Source: Candidatus Methylacidiphilales bacterium
GTDB taxonomy: Bacteria; Verrucomicrobiota; Verrucomicrobiia; Methylacidiphilales; CAZTYG01
DNA length: 64,000 nt
Reading direction: 5' to 3'
Assembly: GCA_033875315.1 (NCBI GenBank)
Contig: JANRJG010000014.1
Location: 115,166-179,165 of the forward strand
This document shows positions 52,666-61,716 of the stretch, one piece after another. The translations under genes were made by a program, and so were the position numbers. The notes under the pieces are model-generated. The model ran no database searches, was not told where the DNA came from, and was given only the letters and a program-made list of their open reading frames with translations. The first letter of the stretch is position 1, and every line of letters begins with the position of its first letter.

Positions 52666-53535
52666 ATGCCTTGCCCCGCAGGCATTCCCGCGCTTGATTC
52701 TCCGATGCACCTCTCCGCCGACCGCTCCGTCCTGCTCTGCTACAACACCGTCGAGCGCATGCTCAAGGGGGATTTCTTCCACACCGTGACTTGGGAAACA
52801 GTGGCCGGGGAGATTTCTTCTTTCCCGCCCGAATGCCCCATCGTGGGAATTGGCACCACCAATTGGTTTCGTCGCAACGGGGAAACCATTGTCCTGGGAA
52901 CGGTTTCCGCTCCGCAGCTTCTCTGGGCCGACCCGGAAGGGGAGCGGCCGATGGAAGTCATCGATTTGCTCCAGGAACGTCCCCGGTCCGGCGGCACGGC
53001 CCTGGTCACGCCTTCGATGGGCGACGACGGCGCATCGCCGCCCCTGCCCTTTCTGGCCTTGGGCGTCTGCCAGCCCGCCAGCGCGCGGGTATGGGAATGT
53101 CCGGCCACGGCCTCTCTCCATGCCTGGATTCAGGACCGCATGGCCCAGGAAAACATCGGCCTGGCGGCCGTGCGCATCCAAGCACAGGCCCGCGCGGTCA
53201 CCGCAGCGGCGGCTTTTTACCTGCCGCTGGAGGGACTGGATCTTTCCCACGGCTACAACGCCAAAAACAACCTGAAACTGGCCGATTACCCGTCGGGATC
53301 ATGGGAGGTCGCCGGCATCTATGCGGCCAATCCCACCCTCCAACGCATGATTTCGGTGGAAGGACTCCCCCTCCACCTCCATGGTTCCAGCCCGGAACTC
53401 CGCCAAGGCGGCCACGTCGTCAAAATGGACGTGGCATCCGCCAAGGTCACGGTTTGGCCGTTACAGGATCTGGTCATGCAGATCAAGAACATCGACCAGA
53501 CCTGGCTTCCCGTCCGCAATCTGGCCGCCTCCTGA
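52666..53535 (+). CDS. alpha-acetolactate decarboxylase family protein (AlsD-like)
   Basis: IVGIGTTNWFRRNGETIVL resembles the AlsD N-terminal GxGT ... GE motif. PLHLHGSSPELRQGGHVV matches the HxH-x10-H metal-site pattern. Alternative ATG at 52705. Confidence 0.55.
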   Translation: MPCPAGIPALDSPMHLSADRSVLLCYNTVERMLKGDFFHTVTWETVAGEISSFPPECPIVGIGTTNWFRRNGETIVLGTVSAPQLLWADPEGERPMEVIDLLQERPRSGGTALVTPSMGDDGASPPLPFLALGVCQPASARVWECPATASLHAWIQDRMAQENIGLAAVRIQAQARAVTAAAAFYLPLEGLDLSHGYNAKNNLKLADYPSGSWEVAGIYAANPTLQRMISVEGLPLHLHGSSPELRQGGHVVKMDVASAKVTVWPLQDLVMQIKNIDQTWLPVRNLAAS

Positions 53536-53550
53536 GCGCGGGCCCACCCC

Positions 53551-53916
53551 ATGTCTGCACCCCTGAAATTGCTCTTCATCTGCGGTCGCAACAAGCGCCG
53601 CAGTCCCACCGCCGAACGCCTGTATAAAAACGACCGGCGATTCCAGGTCCGGGCCGCCGGTCTGGGCGAAACCAGCCCCCGTCGCGTGAATGCAGGCGAT
53701 GTGGCCTGGGCGGATCTCATCCTGCCCATGGAACGCAAAAACGCCGTCCGCCTGAAAGTCATGTTCCCGCAGTTCGAGCCATTCCCCCCCATGGAGATCC
53801 TGGACATCTGCGACGACTTCAAATTCATGGACCGTAAGCTGCTGGAAATCCTCCCGGGGGCGGTTGACGCCGCCGTGGAACGCTACCAGGAGGAAAAAGC
53901 GGGAACGGCGGACTGA
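53551..53916 (+). CDS. low-molecular-weight phosphotyrosine phosphatase-like protein
   Basis: LLFICGRNKRRSPTAE is the CX5R(S) P-loop. 121 aa. Confidence 0.65.
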   Translation: MSAPLKLLFICGRNKRRSPTAERLYKNDRRFQVRAAGLGETSPRRVNAGDVAWADLILPMERKNAVRLKVMFPQFEPFPPMEILDICDDFKFMDRKLLEILPGAVDAAVERYQEEKAGTAD

Positions 53917-53929
53917 AGAGGCGCGGCCA

Positions 53930-55507
53930 TCAGGGAACCGGGGCCTGCCAGCCTTCGACCCGGTAAAGCCTGACCCGCCAGTGTTTGAAATGAATCGCCG
54001 GGGGGCGTTGGAAAAGCGCGGCTTCGCGCAACCCCAGATCATTCCGTTGGACCACGACCGGCAGGCGGTTGCTTTCCGTATAGACCCGGGTCATCCCGGC
54101 CAGAGCGGACTCCCAGGCCCCCGGTTTCCGCAGTTTATCCAATTCCACGACCCGGAAACCCGGTGCCGCTTGTTGGAAATGTCTCAGGGACTCATTCAAC
54201 ACGACCAGGGTCGAAGCCCGCTCCCCGGGCGGCACCTGTTCCTCCAACCAGGTGACGGCACGGAACGGAGGACAGGGTTCGGTATGGTTCTGCCAGGCCA
54301 GCGGCAGGGACACACAGAGAAAAGTCACCGGCAACGCGATCGCACCGAGCACGCCGATCCGGCTGCACCGGCCCCAGGCCGACCAACCCGCCGTGGCCGC
54401 CAGCACCAATGGCGCCAGCACAGGGATATAATATCGGCTGGAACCGGGCAGAAAAACGAACATCATGAACGCGTAAGGCGCCATCCACGACAACTGAACA
54501 ACCACCTGTCTCACCAGTCCTTGCGCGCTCCGTTCACCCACTCTGCGCATAAAACCCGCCAGCCCGACCAGCACCAACGGGGTGGTCAGCAGCACCGAGG
54601 GATCGGTCCCGTTTCCCAGCCCGAGAAAGAGACCACTGGCGAGGTGAATGCCGAGGCGCTTGATCAGCAGGGGGTCTCCGGCCAGGTCGGCCCCGGCATA
54701 GATCAAGGGCTGGTCAAAGCGCCAGCGGAACTGCCTGTTGTTTCCAGCCCAATAGGATGTCCAGAAATCCCCGTTTTCTGCCGCCGCTTGGAGGGCCATC
54801 GTTGGCAGAAGCCAAAGCAGGCAGCCTCCCATCCAACAAACGAGGACGATCGCGCTCGGACGCCAACCGATCCGGCAGACACCAAGCGACACACCGAGTA
54901 TCAGAAGGGCGGCGAAGCTGTTCTGAGGTCGCAGACCCGATGCGACCACAGCGCAGGCCGAGGCCAACAATAGGAGCCGGTAACGTCTGGAGGGATGGAA
55001 CCAGGCGGCCGTGCCCACGGCGGCGGTGGCCAGAAGAAAGCCGGAAGCGGGCGCGTCGGTCATGGCCTTGATGGCATTCATCCAAAGCATGGGAGAAAAT
55101 CCCACGGCCAGACTTCCGCACAAAGCCCAGAACCGCGAGAGACCGGTGCGGGCCAGCACGAAGGAGGCCAGCACCGCAACGGCGCCACCCAACGCACTGA
55201 TGGTGGTGAAGGCCGTGTGGCCGCCCACTCCGGTCAGAGCACGCACCAACCAGGCGGCACCAAGGTAAAGGGGGTATCCGGGAGGATGGGGTTGGTGGAG
55301 CTTGATGTTGAAGTGGTCCAATCCCCGGAGAAATTGGATCGAATCCCAGTCGTCGGGCGCACAACTGGCCGTCAACAGGTAGAGCAGCGTGAAGCCCGGG
55401 CCAAGGAAAAGGACCAGTCGCCAGTCGCTCCGGGTCCAGGGTTCCGGCCGGTGAGCGGCTTCGGGGTCGGGCAGCATCCGGGCCAGAAGTTGGGGCAAGG
55501 GGATCAT
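53930..55507 (-). CDS. GT-C fold membrane glycosyltransferase (ArnT/PMT/DUF2723-like)
   Basis: About 12 TM helices. An early loop with DSIQF ... HPPGYPLY. ATG at 55505-55507. Confidence 0.6.
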   Translation of the reverse strand: MIPLPQLLARMLPDPEAAHRPEPWTRSDWRLVLFLGPGFTLLYLLTASCAPDDWDSIQFLRGLDHFNIKLHQPHPPGYPLYLGAAWLVRALTGVGGHTAFTTISALGGAVAVLASFVLARTGLSRFWALCGSLAVGFSPMLWMNAIKAMTDAPASGFLLATAAVGTAAWFHPSRRYRLLLLASACAVVASGLRPQNSFAALLILGVSLGVCRIGWRPSAIVLVCWMGGCLLWLLPTMALQAAAENGDFWTSYWAGNNRQFRWRFDQPLIYAGADLAGDPLLIKRLGIHLASGLFLGLGNGTDPSVLLTTPLVLVGLAGFMRRVGERSAQGLVRQVVVQLSWMAPYAFMMFVFLPGSSRYYIPVLAPLVLAATAGWSAWGRCSRIGVLGAIALPVTFLCVSLPLAWQNHTEPCPPFRAVTWLEEQVPPGERASTLVVLNESLRHFQQAAPGFRVVELDKLRKPGAWESALAGMTRVYTESNRLPVVVQRNDLGLREAALFQRPPAIHFKHWRVRLYRVEGWQAPVP

Positions 55508-55527
55508 CAACAACCGGATCCGCCTGG

Positions 55528-57732
55528 CTACTCTCCGACCGGGACCGCCTTGGGCGCCACGGTTTCCGTGTTGTCTTGGATCACGGCCCGGGGAACGGTG
55601 GCGTTGCCCGCGGGGGTCTGGTTGGCGAACTGGTCTTTCTCATCGGGTTTCCAGATCATGCCCACGGCCCGGTCCCAGAGCGTCGGGTGGGTGGGCGGGA
55701 TCTGGATGTTTTCCATGGCCTTGCGGTCGAGGCGGGCCAGGGCCGTGCCCCGCTGGTCGTCCCGCACCCATTCGGCGCGGGTGGAGAGGGATTCTTTCTT
55801 GAAGAAGAAGAACACCGTTTCCTGTCGCCGCATCTGTGCCAGTTGCACGCCCGGGGGAGGCGGGAAATCACCGGAAGGATAGGTTTCCAGCGCGGGTTTG
55901 ATGATGGCGGCCCAGGTGGGCACGGCGATGCGGCTGGAATATCCGCCGGGCATGATGGTGCTCGGGTTGTCGTAGCCGATCCAGAGGGCGGCGGTGAACT
56001 CGGTCGTGTAGCCGCAGAACCAACTGTCCTTGTAGTCGTTGGTGGTGCCGGTTTTTCCCGCCAGCGGTCCTTTGAGTCCGTAAGTCGAACGCAGGGCCGA
56101 GGCAGTGCCCCCGTCGACCACCCCGGCCAGGAGGTCATGGATCTGGAAGGCCACCTGGGGCGACAGGACACGCTTGCGGGCATCGATGTGCCGGTAGATC
56201 AACTGTCCCTCATGCGTGCTGATGGATTCCACCAGGAAGGGTTCGATGATGACCCCGTAATTGGCAAAGGCGCTGTAGCCCTTGGCCAGATCCAGGGTGG
56301 TGAGCTCGGGCGTGCCCAGGAAGGAGGAGGCAAAGGGCTGCGGCTGGACACCGGTGCACTGCTGGAAAAAATAGGAAAAGCCCTCCACCCCGGTGGCCAG
56401 GCCGGTGCGCATGACGGCGTAGTTGTTGCTCTGGGCCAGGGCCTGCCGGACCGTGATCCACTTCGGGCTGTTTCCCTCGATGATCTCCGGGCCGATGGCC
56501 TGGGTCAGGTCGAATTCGCCCGAATCCACCTCGGTGCAGCCGGTGAAGTTGAGCGTGTTGAAAGCGTGGGCGTAGATGAAGGGCTTGATGGTCGAACCGA
56601 TCTGGCGCCGTCCGTTCAGCACCCGGTTGTAGGAACTTTCATCGAAGTCCCGTCCCCCCACCACCGCCAGGATGCTGCCATCGCGGTTGTTCAGGGCGAC
56701 AAAGGAAGCCTGGAGGTAGGGCGGCACCTCGGTGTCGTCCGGCTCCGAGGCCAACCAGGCCGCGCGGGTCTTGTGGGGGTAGCCGGAGGATTTTTCGATC
56801 TTGGTCAGGGACGTTTCGATCTGCTGCTCCGCATTGCGCTGGAATCCGAGGTCGATGGTGGTGTGGATTTGCAGGCCGCCCCGGAAAAGCAATTCGTCGG
56901 ATATGAACCGGGGCAGGCTGTCACGCACCGCGGAGGTGACGTAGGAACCGGGAAGGTCGGCGCGCGGGCGGAGGCTGAGCGGTTCTTTCTTGGTTTTTTC
57001 CGCCACCGCACGGGAGATGAATCCCGCCTCGGCCATGTTGTCGAGGGTGACGGCGCGGACTTCGCGTGCCTTGCGGGCGTTTTTCCACGGCGAAAAACTG
57101 TTGGGCCCGGCGATGATGCCGGCGATGAGCGCGCTCTCGGAAAGGGTCAGGTCCTTCGGTTTCTTGCCGAAGTAGGCCTCACTGGCCGCCCCTACCCCAT
57201 AGAGGTTCCCGCCGAGGAAGATGCGGTTGAGGTAGAAGGTGAGGATTTCGTCCTTGGAGAAGACCACCTCGATGCGCATGGCCAGGAAGACCTCCTTGAT
57301 CTTGCGGTCGAAGGTGCGGTCGAACATGCCGGCCGAATTGCGCGCCAGTTGCTGGGTGATGGTGCTGGCCCCGGTGGTGATCCTGCGGCCGGAGGCATTG
57401 ACGAAACCCGAGCGCACAATGGCCACGGGATCAAAGCCGAAATGCCAGTAGAAGCGCTTGTCCTCCTTGGCGATGACCGCCTGTTTTAGCACCAGCGGAA
57501 TGTCCTCCTTGTCGACCAGGACGCGGTTTTCATCGAAGAGACGCTGGATGACATAGCCATTGCGGTCGTAGATGACCGAGGTGGCGGGCATGTGGGAGAC
57601 TTTCCGCAGATCAAAGGCCATGGCCCACGCGCCAAACTTGGCCAGGAAAAGGGCCACACCGGCCAGGGCGAGGATGACCAGGGCATTGAGCCACAGGGGC
57701 GGGCGGGGGAATTTCCAGCGGCGGGCGGACAT
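55528..57732 (-). CDS. mrcA: class A penicillin-binding protein (transglycosylase/transpeptidase)
   Basis: AKEDKRFYWHFGFD and GASTITQQLARN (GT51). STIKPF and KTGTTN (transpeptidase). Confidence 0.9.
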   Translation of the reverse strand: MSARRWKFPRPPLWLNALVILALAGVALFLAKFGAWAMAFDLRKVSHMPATSVIYDRNGYVIQRLFDENRVLVDKEDIPLVLKQAVIAKEDKRFYWHFGFDPVAIVRSGFVNASGRRITTGASTITQQLARNSAGMFDRTFDRKIKEVFLAMRIEVVFSKDEILTFYLNRIFLGGNLYGVGAASEAYFGKKPKDLTLSESALIAGIIAGPNSFSPWKNARKAREVRAVTLDNMAEAGFISRAVAEKTKKEPLSLRPRADLPGSYVTSAVRDSLPRFISDELLFRGGLQIHTTIDLGFQRNAEQQIETSLTKIEKSSGYPHKTRAAWLASEPDDTEVPPYLQASFVALNNRDGSILAVVGGRDFDESSYNRVLNGRRQIGSTIKPFIYAHAFNTLNFTGCTEVDSGEFDLTQAIGPEIIEGNSPKWITVRQALAQSNNYAVMRTGLATGVEGFSYFFQQCTGVQPQPFASSFLGTPELTTLDLAKGYSAFANYGVIIEPFLVESISTHEGQLIYRHIDARKRVLSPQVAFQIHDLLAGVVDGGTASALRSTYGLKGPLAGKTGTTNDYKDSWFCGYTTEFTAALWIGYDNPSTIMPGGYSSRIAVPTWAAIIKPALETYPSGDFPPPPGVQLAQMRRQETVFFFFKKESLSTRAEWVRDDQRGTALARLDRKAMENIQIPPTHPTLWDRAVGMIWKPDEKDQFANQTPAGNATVPRAVIQDNTETVAPKAVPVGE

Positions 57733-57782
57733 CCGGTCAACCTAGCGCGATCTCGGCCAAAAGAAGCGCAAAAATTGCGCCC

Positions 57783-58523
57783 TCATTTCCGCAAACGTGC
57801 GGGATCCAGGGACTCATCCTCGCGCGTCGCGGCGTAAATCGGCCCGAACCAGGTGTCGACCAGGCAGAGTCCGAAGACGGCCGCGAACGGGATGGTGTAG
57901 AAAAACGCGGTGGTGATGCTGTTCAGGCCGGTCAGGAAAATGGAGGCTATGAGATAGGACTTCCAAGCTTTGCGGAACAGGCGGAAGTTTTCCCCGTAGT
58001 TCAGGGCGCAATCCAAAGGGGAGGCGCCGTCCAGCCAGCGGCAGCAACCGACGCCGCAGAATGGGATGACGAAGAGCATGGCCGGCGGGACAAAAAGCGA
58101 AAGCATCGAGACGGGCAGACCGAGAATGGAGATGAAAACCAGATGGCAAAGCGCTATCCAGATGCCCACTGGGAGGATGAGGGTGAAGACGGCAATGAGC
58201 AGTTTCACCGAACCTTCGTAGGCGAAGCGCCCGAGCACGGCGAAGGACCAATCCGGAAGTTGCGGGGCGGTGGCGAAGCGGGCCCGGCGCAAGACTTCAT
58301 AAGTGAACCCCAGTGGGAACCAGAAGCTGATGACGTTGAAGCCGAGCGCGGTGTAAAATATGGCCGGAACGTAAGGATTTTCCGTGCCGGAAAAGAAGGC
58401 GGGGGCGGTGGCCAGAAGGAACGGGTTGATGAGCAGGAATCCGCCCAGGAGAACTTTCCACACCGCGTTCCGGTCGCTCAAAATCTGGGCAAAGCCCCTG
58501 CGAATATCCTCAAATTGCACCAT
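57783..58523 (-). CDS. DUF4013-like membrane protein
   Basis: ATG at 58521-58523 (MVQFEDIRRGF ... NAVWKVLLGGFLLI). About 6 TM helices. Confidence 0.5.
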   Translation of the reverse strand: MVQFEDIRRGFAQILSDRNAVWKVLLGGFLLINPFLLATAPAFFSGTENPYVPAIFYTALGFNVISFWFPLGFTYEVLRRARFATAPQLPDWSFAVLGRFAYEGSVKLLIAVFTLILPVGIWIALCHLVFISILGLPVSMLSLFVPPAMLFVIPFCGVGCCRWLDGASPLDCALNYGENFRLFRKAWKSYLIASIFLTGLNSITTAFFYTIPFAAVFGLCLVDTWFGPIYAATREDESLDPARLRK

Positions 58524-58569
58524 AGGGATCCGGATTTTCCGAAGAAACGCCTCCGGGTCAAGGCTTAAG

Positions 58570-58743
58570 CCGGAAAAATGCAGTTGCACCACAGAGAGCA
58601 CAGAGGACACAGAGGAAGATAGAATTTAGGGGCTCTTTTTTATCGACGTTCGGCACATCCCTTTTCGCCCCCAATCCGTTTCACTTTTCCTCGGCGTCTC
58701 TGCGTCTCGGCGTCTCTGCGCGATATCAACTGCATGGTTCCGG
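58570..58743. repeat. inverted pair of repeat arms with conserved CCGGAAnnATGCAGTTG termini but different unit flavours
   Basis: Left arm: CCGGAAAAATGCAGTTGCACC ACAGAGAGC ACAGAGGAC ACAGAGGAA. Reverse complement of the right arm: CCGGAACCATGCAGTTGATATC GC GCAGAGAC GCCGAGAC GCAGAGAC GCCGAGG (8-nt period). 66-nt unique core. Confidence 0.7.
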
Positions 58744-58816
58744 ACAAGCTCAAAGCCTCCGGTTCGGTCGCCGGAATCACCCGCTCACCCACTCACCACA
58801 GCTGGCGGGGCAACGA

Positions 58817-59359
58817 TCAGGGTGCGCTGAGTGCCGCTTCCAGGGCGGCGGCCAATTCGGGACTGTCGGGAGCCGTCTTGCTCGGGAACTCGCCGACCAC
58901 CCGGCCGTTTTTATCGACCAGATACTTGTGAAAATTCCACTTCGGCTCCCCGCGTCCACGGGTCAACCAGGCGTAGAGGGGGTGCCGGGCCTCCCCCTTG
59001 ACCGCCACTTTCTCCGTCATGGGAAAATCCACCGCGTAGGTGCTGCGGCAGAAAGCGGCAATCTCCTCCGCCGTCCCGGGTTCCTGGCCGCCAAAATCGT
59101 TCGACGGCACCCCCACCACGACGAAGCCACGGTCCTTCCAGGTCGTGTAGAGTTTTTCCAGCCCGTCGTATTGTTTCGTGAAGCCACAGCGCGAGGCCAC
59201 GTTGACAAAGAGAACGGTCTTGCCCTGGAGGCGGGTCATGTCGAAGGGTTGCCCATCGAGCCCGTTGATTTTGATGGTGGTGAGTTCGCTGGCGTTCGTG
59301 GTCATAAGGGTTGTGGCCAGACCCATGAGGAGGGCCAGCACCATCGGGATTCGTTGCAC
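58817..59359 (-). CDS. glutathione peroxidase (Cys-type), with signal peptide
   Basis: VLFVNVASRCGFT (Cys codon TGT, not TGA). WNFHKYLV. GTG at 59359 or ATG at 59344. Confidence 0.85.
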   Translation of the reverse strand: MQRIPMVLALLMGLATTLMTTNASELTTIKINGLDGQPFDMTRLQGKTVLFVNVASRCGFTKQYDGLEKLYTTWKDRGFVVVGVPSNDFGGQEPGTAEEIAAFCRSTYAVDFPMTEKVAVKGEARHPLYAWLTRGRGEPKWNFHKYLVDKNGRVVGEFPSKTAPDSPELAAALEAALSAP

Positions 59360-59438
59360 GGAGCCAATGTGTCACAAGCTCCGGTGGGCGCAAGTGGAGA
59401 CTGTTCAAGGGCGGGCTGAAGTCCCTACCGTCACTGGC

Positions 59439-60650
59439 ATGTGGACACTACCCCGTCTCCTCTCTTCTTCACGACGCACTTCCGGGCCGCCCGACCCGAA
59501 ACGGGGTATTCATCTGATTGGAGATTACTCCATCGCCATCGGGCTGGGGGTTGCTTTCCGCTTGCTGACCCGGGCCCTCCGCCAGGCCGGTTATCCTTTG
59601 GCCCATACCCAGGTGAACCTGACTTCCGACCGCAGGACCGGCGATCATCTGGAGCCGGATGTCCAACCTGAAGCCTGTGACATCACCCTCATTCATCTCA
59701 ACGGTGATTACATGTACGAGTGGATCCGCCATGCCGCCCCGGCGTTGCGCGATTCCAAGCGGGTGATCGGGTATTGGTATTGGGAACTCCCGCTATTTCC
59801 AGAGGTTTGGAAAAAATGCCTCCCCCACCTGGACGAACTGTGGGTGTCCTCCCGTTATGTGCAGGACCACGCCGCCGCCATTTCTCCCGTGCCCGTGGTC
59901 CGCATCCCTCCCCCCATACCACGGATTCATGGCACCCCGCGTCGCGCGGACTTTGGCCTGCCCGAAGACCGCACCCTCTTTCTGTTCATCTTCGAACCCA
60001 ATTCCAACATCGGAAGGAAAAACCCCTTCGCCATCATCGAGGCCTTCCGGAAGGCATTTGCCGGAGTGGCCGATCCCCCGCTCTTGGTGTTGAAAACCCA
60101 CCACCTCCACACGGTCGCCCTCCACCAGCAATTGGCCCACGATTTGAATGCCGCCCTCCGCGCTGTGGGGGGGATCATGGTCGATGCCTCCTGGGAACAC
60201 CCAAAGCTCCTCGACTTCATCGCTTCTTGTGATGTTTTTGTATCACTGCACCGGGCCGAGGGATTCGGGCTGGGGATGGCAGAGGCCATGGCCCTCTGCA
60301 AGCCGGTCATCGCCACCGGGTTTTCAGGAAACACCGATTTCATGACCCCGGGCAACAGCTACGCCGTCGACTACCACCTGCGACGTATCACTGCGGTAGA
60401 CCACCGTTACCAGCCGGAATTCGCCGGCGTTTACGAACCCGGCCAATGGTGGGCCGAACCCGACATCAACCATGCCGCCCGTTTGATGCGGCAGCTTTGG
60501 GAAGAACCCGCGGAAGCCGCCCTCCGGGCCGAACGCGGCCAAGCTTCCATCCGCTCGCTCTATTCGGTCGAGGCCATCGCGGAGACCATCCGGGCCCGCC
60601 TTGGGTCGGTCAACTCTTGGAACGGGAACGACCGAAAACAGCGCAAATGA
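59439..60650 (+). CDS. glycosyltransferase family 4 (GT-B)
   Basis: ATG at 59439. C-terminal FVSLHRAEGFGLGMAEAMALCKPVIATGFSGNTDF is the EX7E-type GT4 motif. Confidence 0.75.
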   Translation: MWTLPRLLSSSRRTSGPPDPKRGIHLIGDYSIAIGLGVAFRLLTRALRQAGYPLAHTQVNLTSDRRTGDHLEPDVQPEACDITLIHLNGDYMYEWIRHAAPALRDSKRVIGYWYWELPLFPEVWKKCLPHLDELWVSSRYVQDHAAAISPVPVVRIPPPIPRIHGTPRRADFGLPEDRTLFLFIFEPNSNIGRKNPFAIIEAFRKAFAGVADPPLLVLKTHHLHTVALHQQLAHDLNAALRAVGGIMVDASWEHPKLLDFIASCDVFVSLHRAEGFGLGMAEAMALCKPVIATGFSGNTDFMTPGNSYAVDYHLRRITAVDHRYQPEFAGVYEPGQWWAEPDINHAARLMRQLWEEPAEAALRAERGQASIRSLYSVEAIAETIRARLGSVNSWNGNDRKQRK

Positions 60651-60662
60651 CCCACGCGCGGA

Positions 60663-61406
60663 TCAATTCAACTTCTTTTTGTATTCGGCCTTGATGACCG
60701 AGAAAACGATGGCCTGTTCGGCGTATTCGATCCACGGACCGTAGGGCACCTCATCGTCCTCGACGAAGCGCCAGTTGGTTGTATCCATGCCATCGAGACC
60801 CAGGTAATCCTGCACCGCGGGCGAGACGTCCAGCCCCGCCTGGCTGTGTTCGCGGGTGGGCCGGTCGTTGCCGAAAACATAACCGACACTGTCGTAGCGC
60901 AACGGGCCCACGTCCTCCCATTGGGCGAAGCACACCCGGCCCTTGAACTCGATCATGATCCACCGGCCTTTGCACTGGGAGACAAACGGGTTTTTGCGGT
61001 GGAAATCGGCATCCCACCAGGGAACATACTGACGGGCCAGTTTGGGATACTTGATGTCATTGAAAGGCAGGGCCACGTAATAGGGATTGAGCGTCGGGGC
61101 GAAGCGTTTGGGCAGGGTCACCGCGCCGGGGATGGCCACGCCCACCCGCTTATCTGGGCAATCCGTGCCGCCAAAATTGCGCGTCCACGAACCGTCCCAG
61201 GCGCTCTTGTAATTGGTCGTGCTGTTGTAACCGGTCGAGCCCTGGCCGATCCAGAAAGTGGTCGTGACGATGCCCCGCTTGAGGGGATAGCTTGAGCTGA
61301 GTTTGACGTCCTCCAGCTTGATCGTCCGGGGGGCAACCGTTCCTTCCGCACCCCAGACTGTGGAGACGGCGAGCACAAGGCCCATCAACAATGCCCTCGC
61401 ACGCAT
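60663..61406 (-). CDS. secreted hypothetical protein (possible double-psi beta-barrel/RlpA-like fold)
   Basis: Signal peptide MRARALLMGLVLAVSTVWGA. CKGRWIMIEFKGRVCFAQWEDVGP ... GLDVSPAV is reminiscent of DPBB domains. The assignment is weak. Confidence 0.45.
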   Translation of the reverse strand: MRARALLMGLVLAVSTVWGAEGTVAPRTIKLEDVKLSSSYPLKRGIVTTTFWIGQGSTGYNSTTNYKSAWDGSWTRNFGGTDCPDKRVGVAIPGAVTLPKRFAPTLNPYYVALPFNDIKYPKLARQYVPWWDADFHRKNPFVSQCKGRWIMIEFKGRVCFAQWEDVGPLRYDSVGYVFGNDRPTREHSQAGLDVSPAVQDYLGLDGMDTTNWRFVEDDEVPYGPWIEYAEQAIVFSVIKAEYKKKLN

Positions 61407-61716
61407 CCGCCTACCCTAGCCCACCCCGGGAACCCGTCAATGGGTTTTTATGTACAAACCGTGGAATCCATCGTTGTACAGTGCTCTGGACGGGATTAAG
61501 TCGGTTTTTATCAACTTCGAACGGCGTTGAGCCCTTTAAAGAATCCCAAGCGGGCTGAGAAAAAGCTTGTCCGGGTTCGGCCCTCCGGTAACTTTTTCCG
61601 CTTACTGTGATGGAAACGGCCGTTCTGCGGCCATCCCAACACCCAACCCCATTCCCTAGAAAGGGAAGTCCCGAACCGCCCCGGCGGATGATGGATCATA
61701 AACCGAAAATACTGAA

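Noticed and set aside
55576-57489. 637-aa plus-strand ORF opposite the PBP gene
   Set aside because: Shadow ORF. The minus strand has GT51 and transpeptidase signature motifs.
58817-59359. Possible selenocysteine recoding in glutathione peroxidase
   Set aside because: The active-site residue is encoded by TGT (Cys) in VASRCGFT. There is no in-frame TGA.
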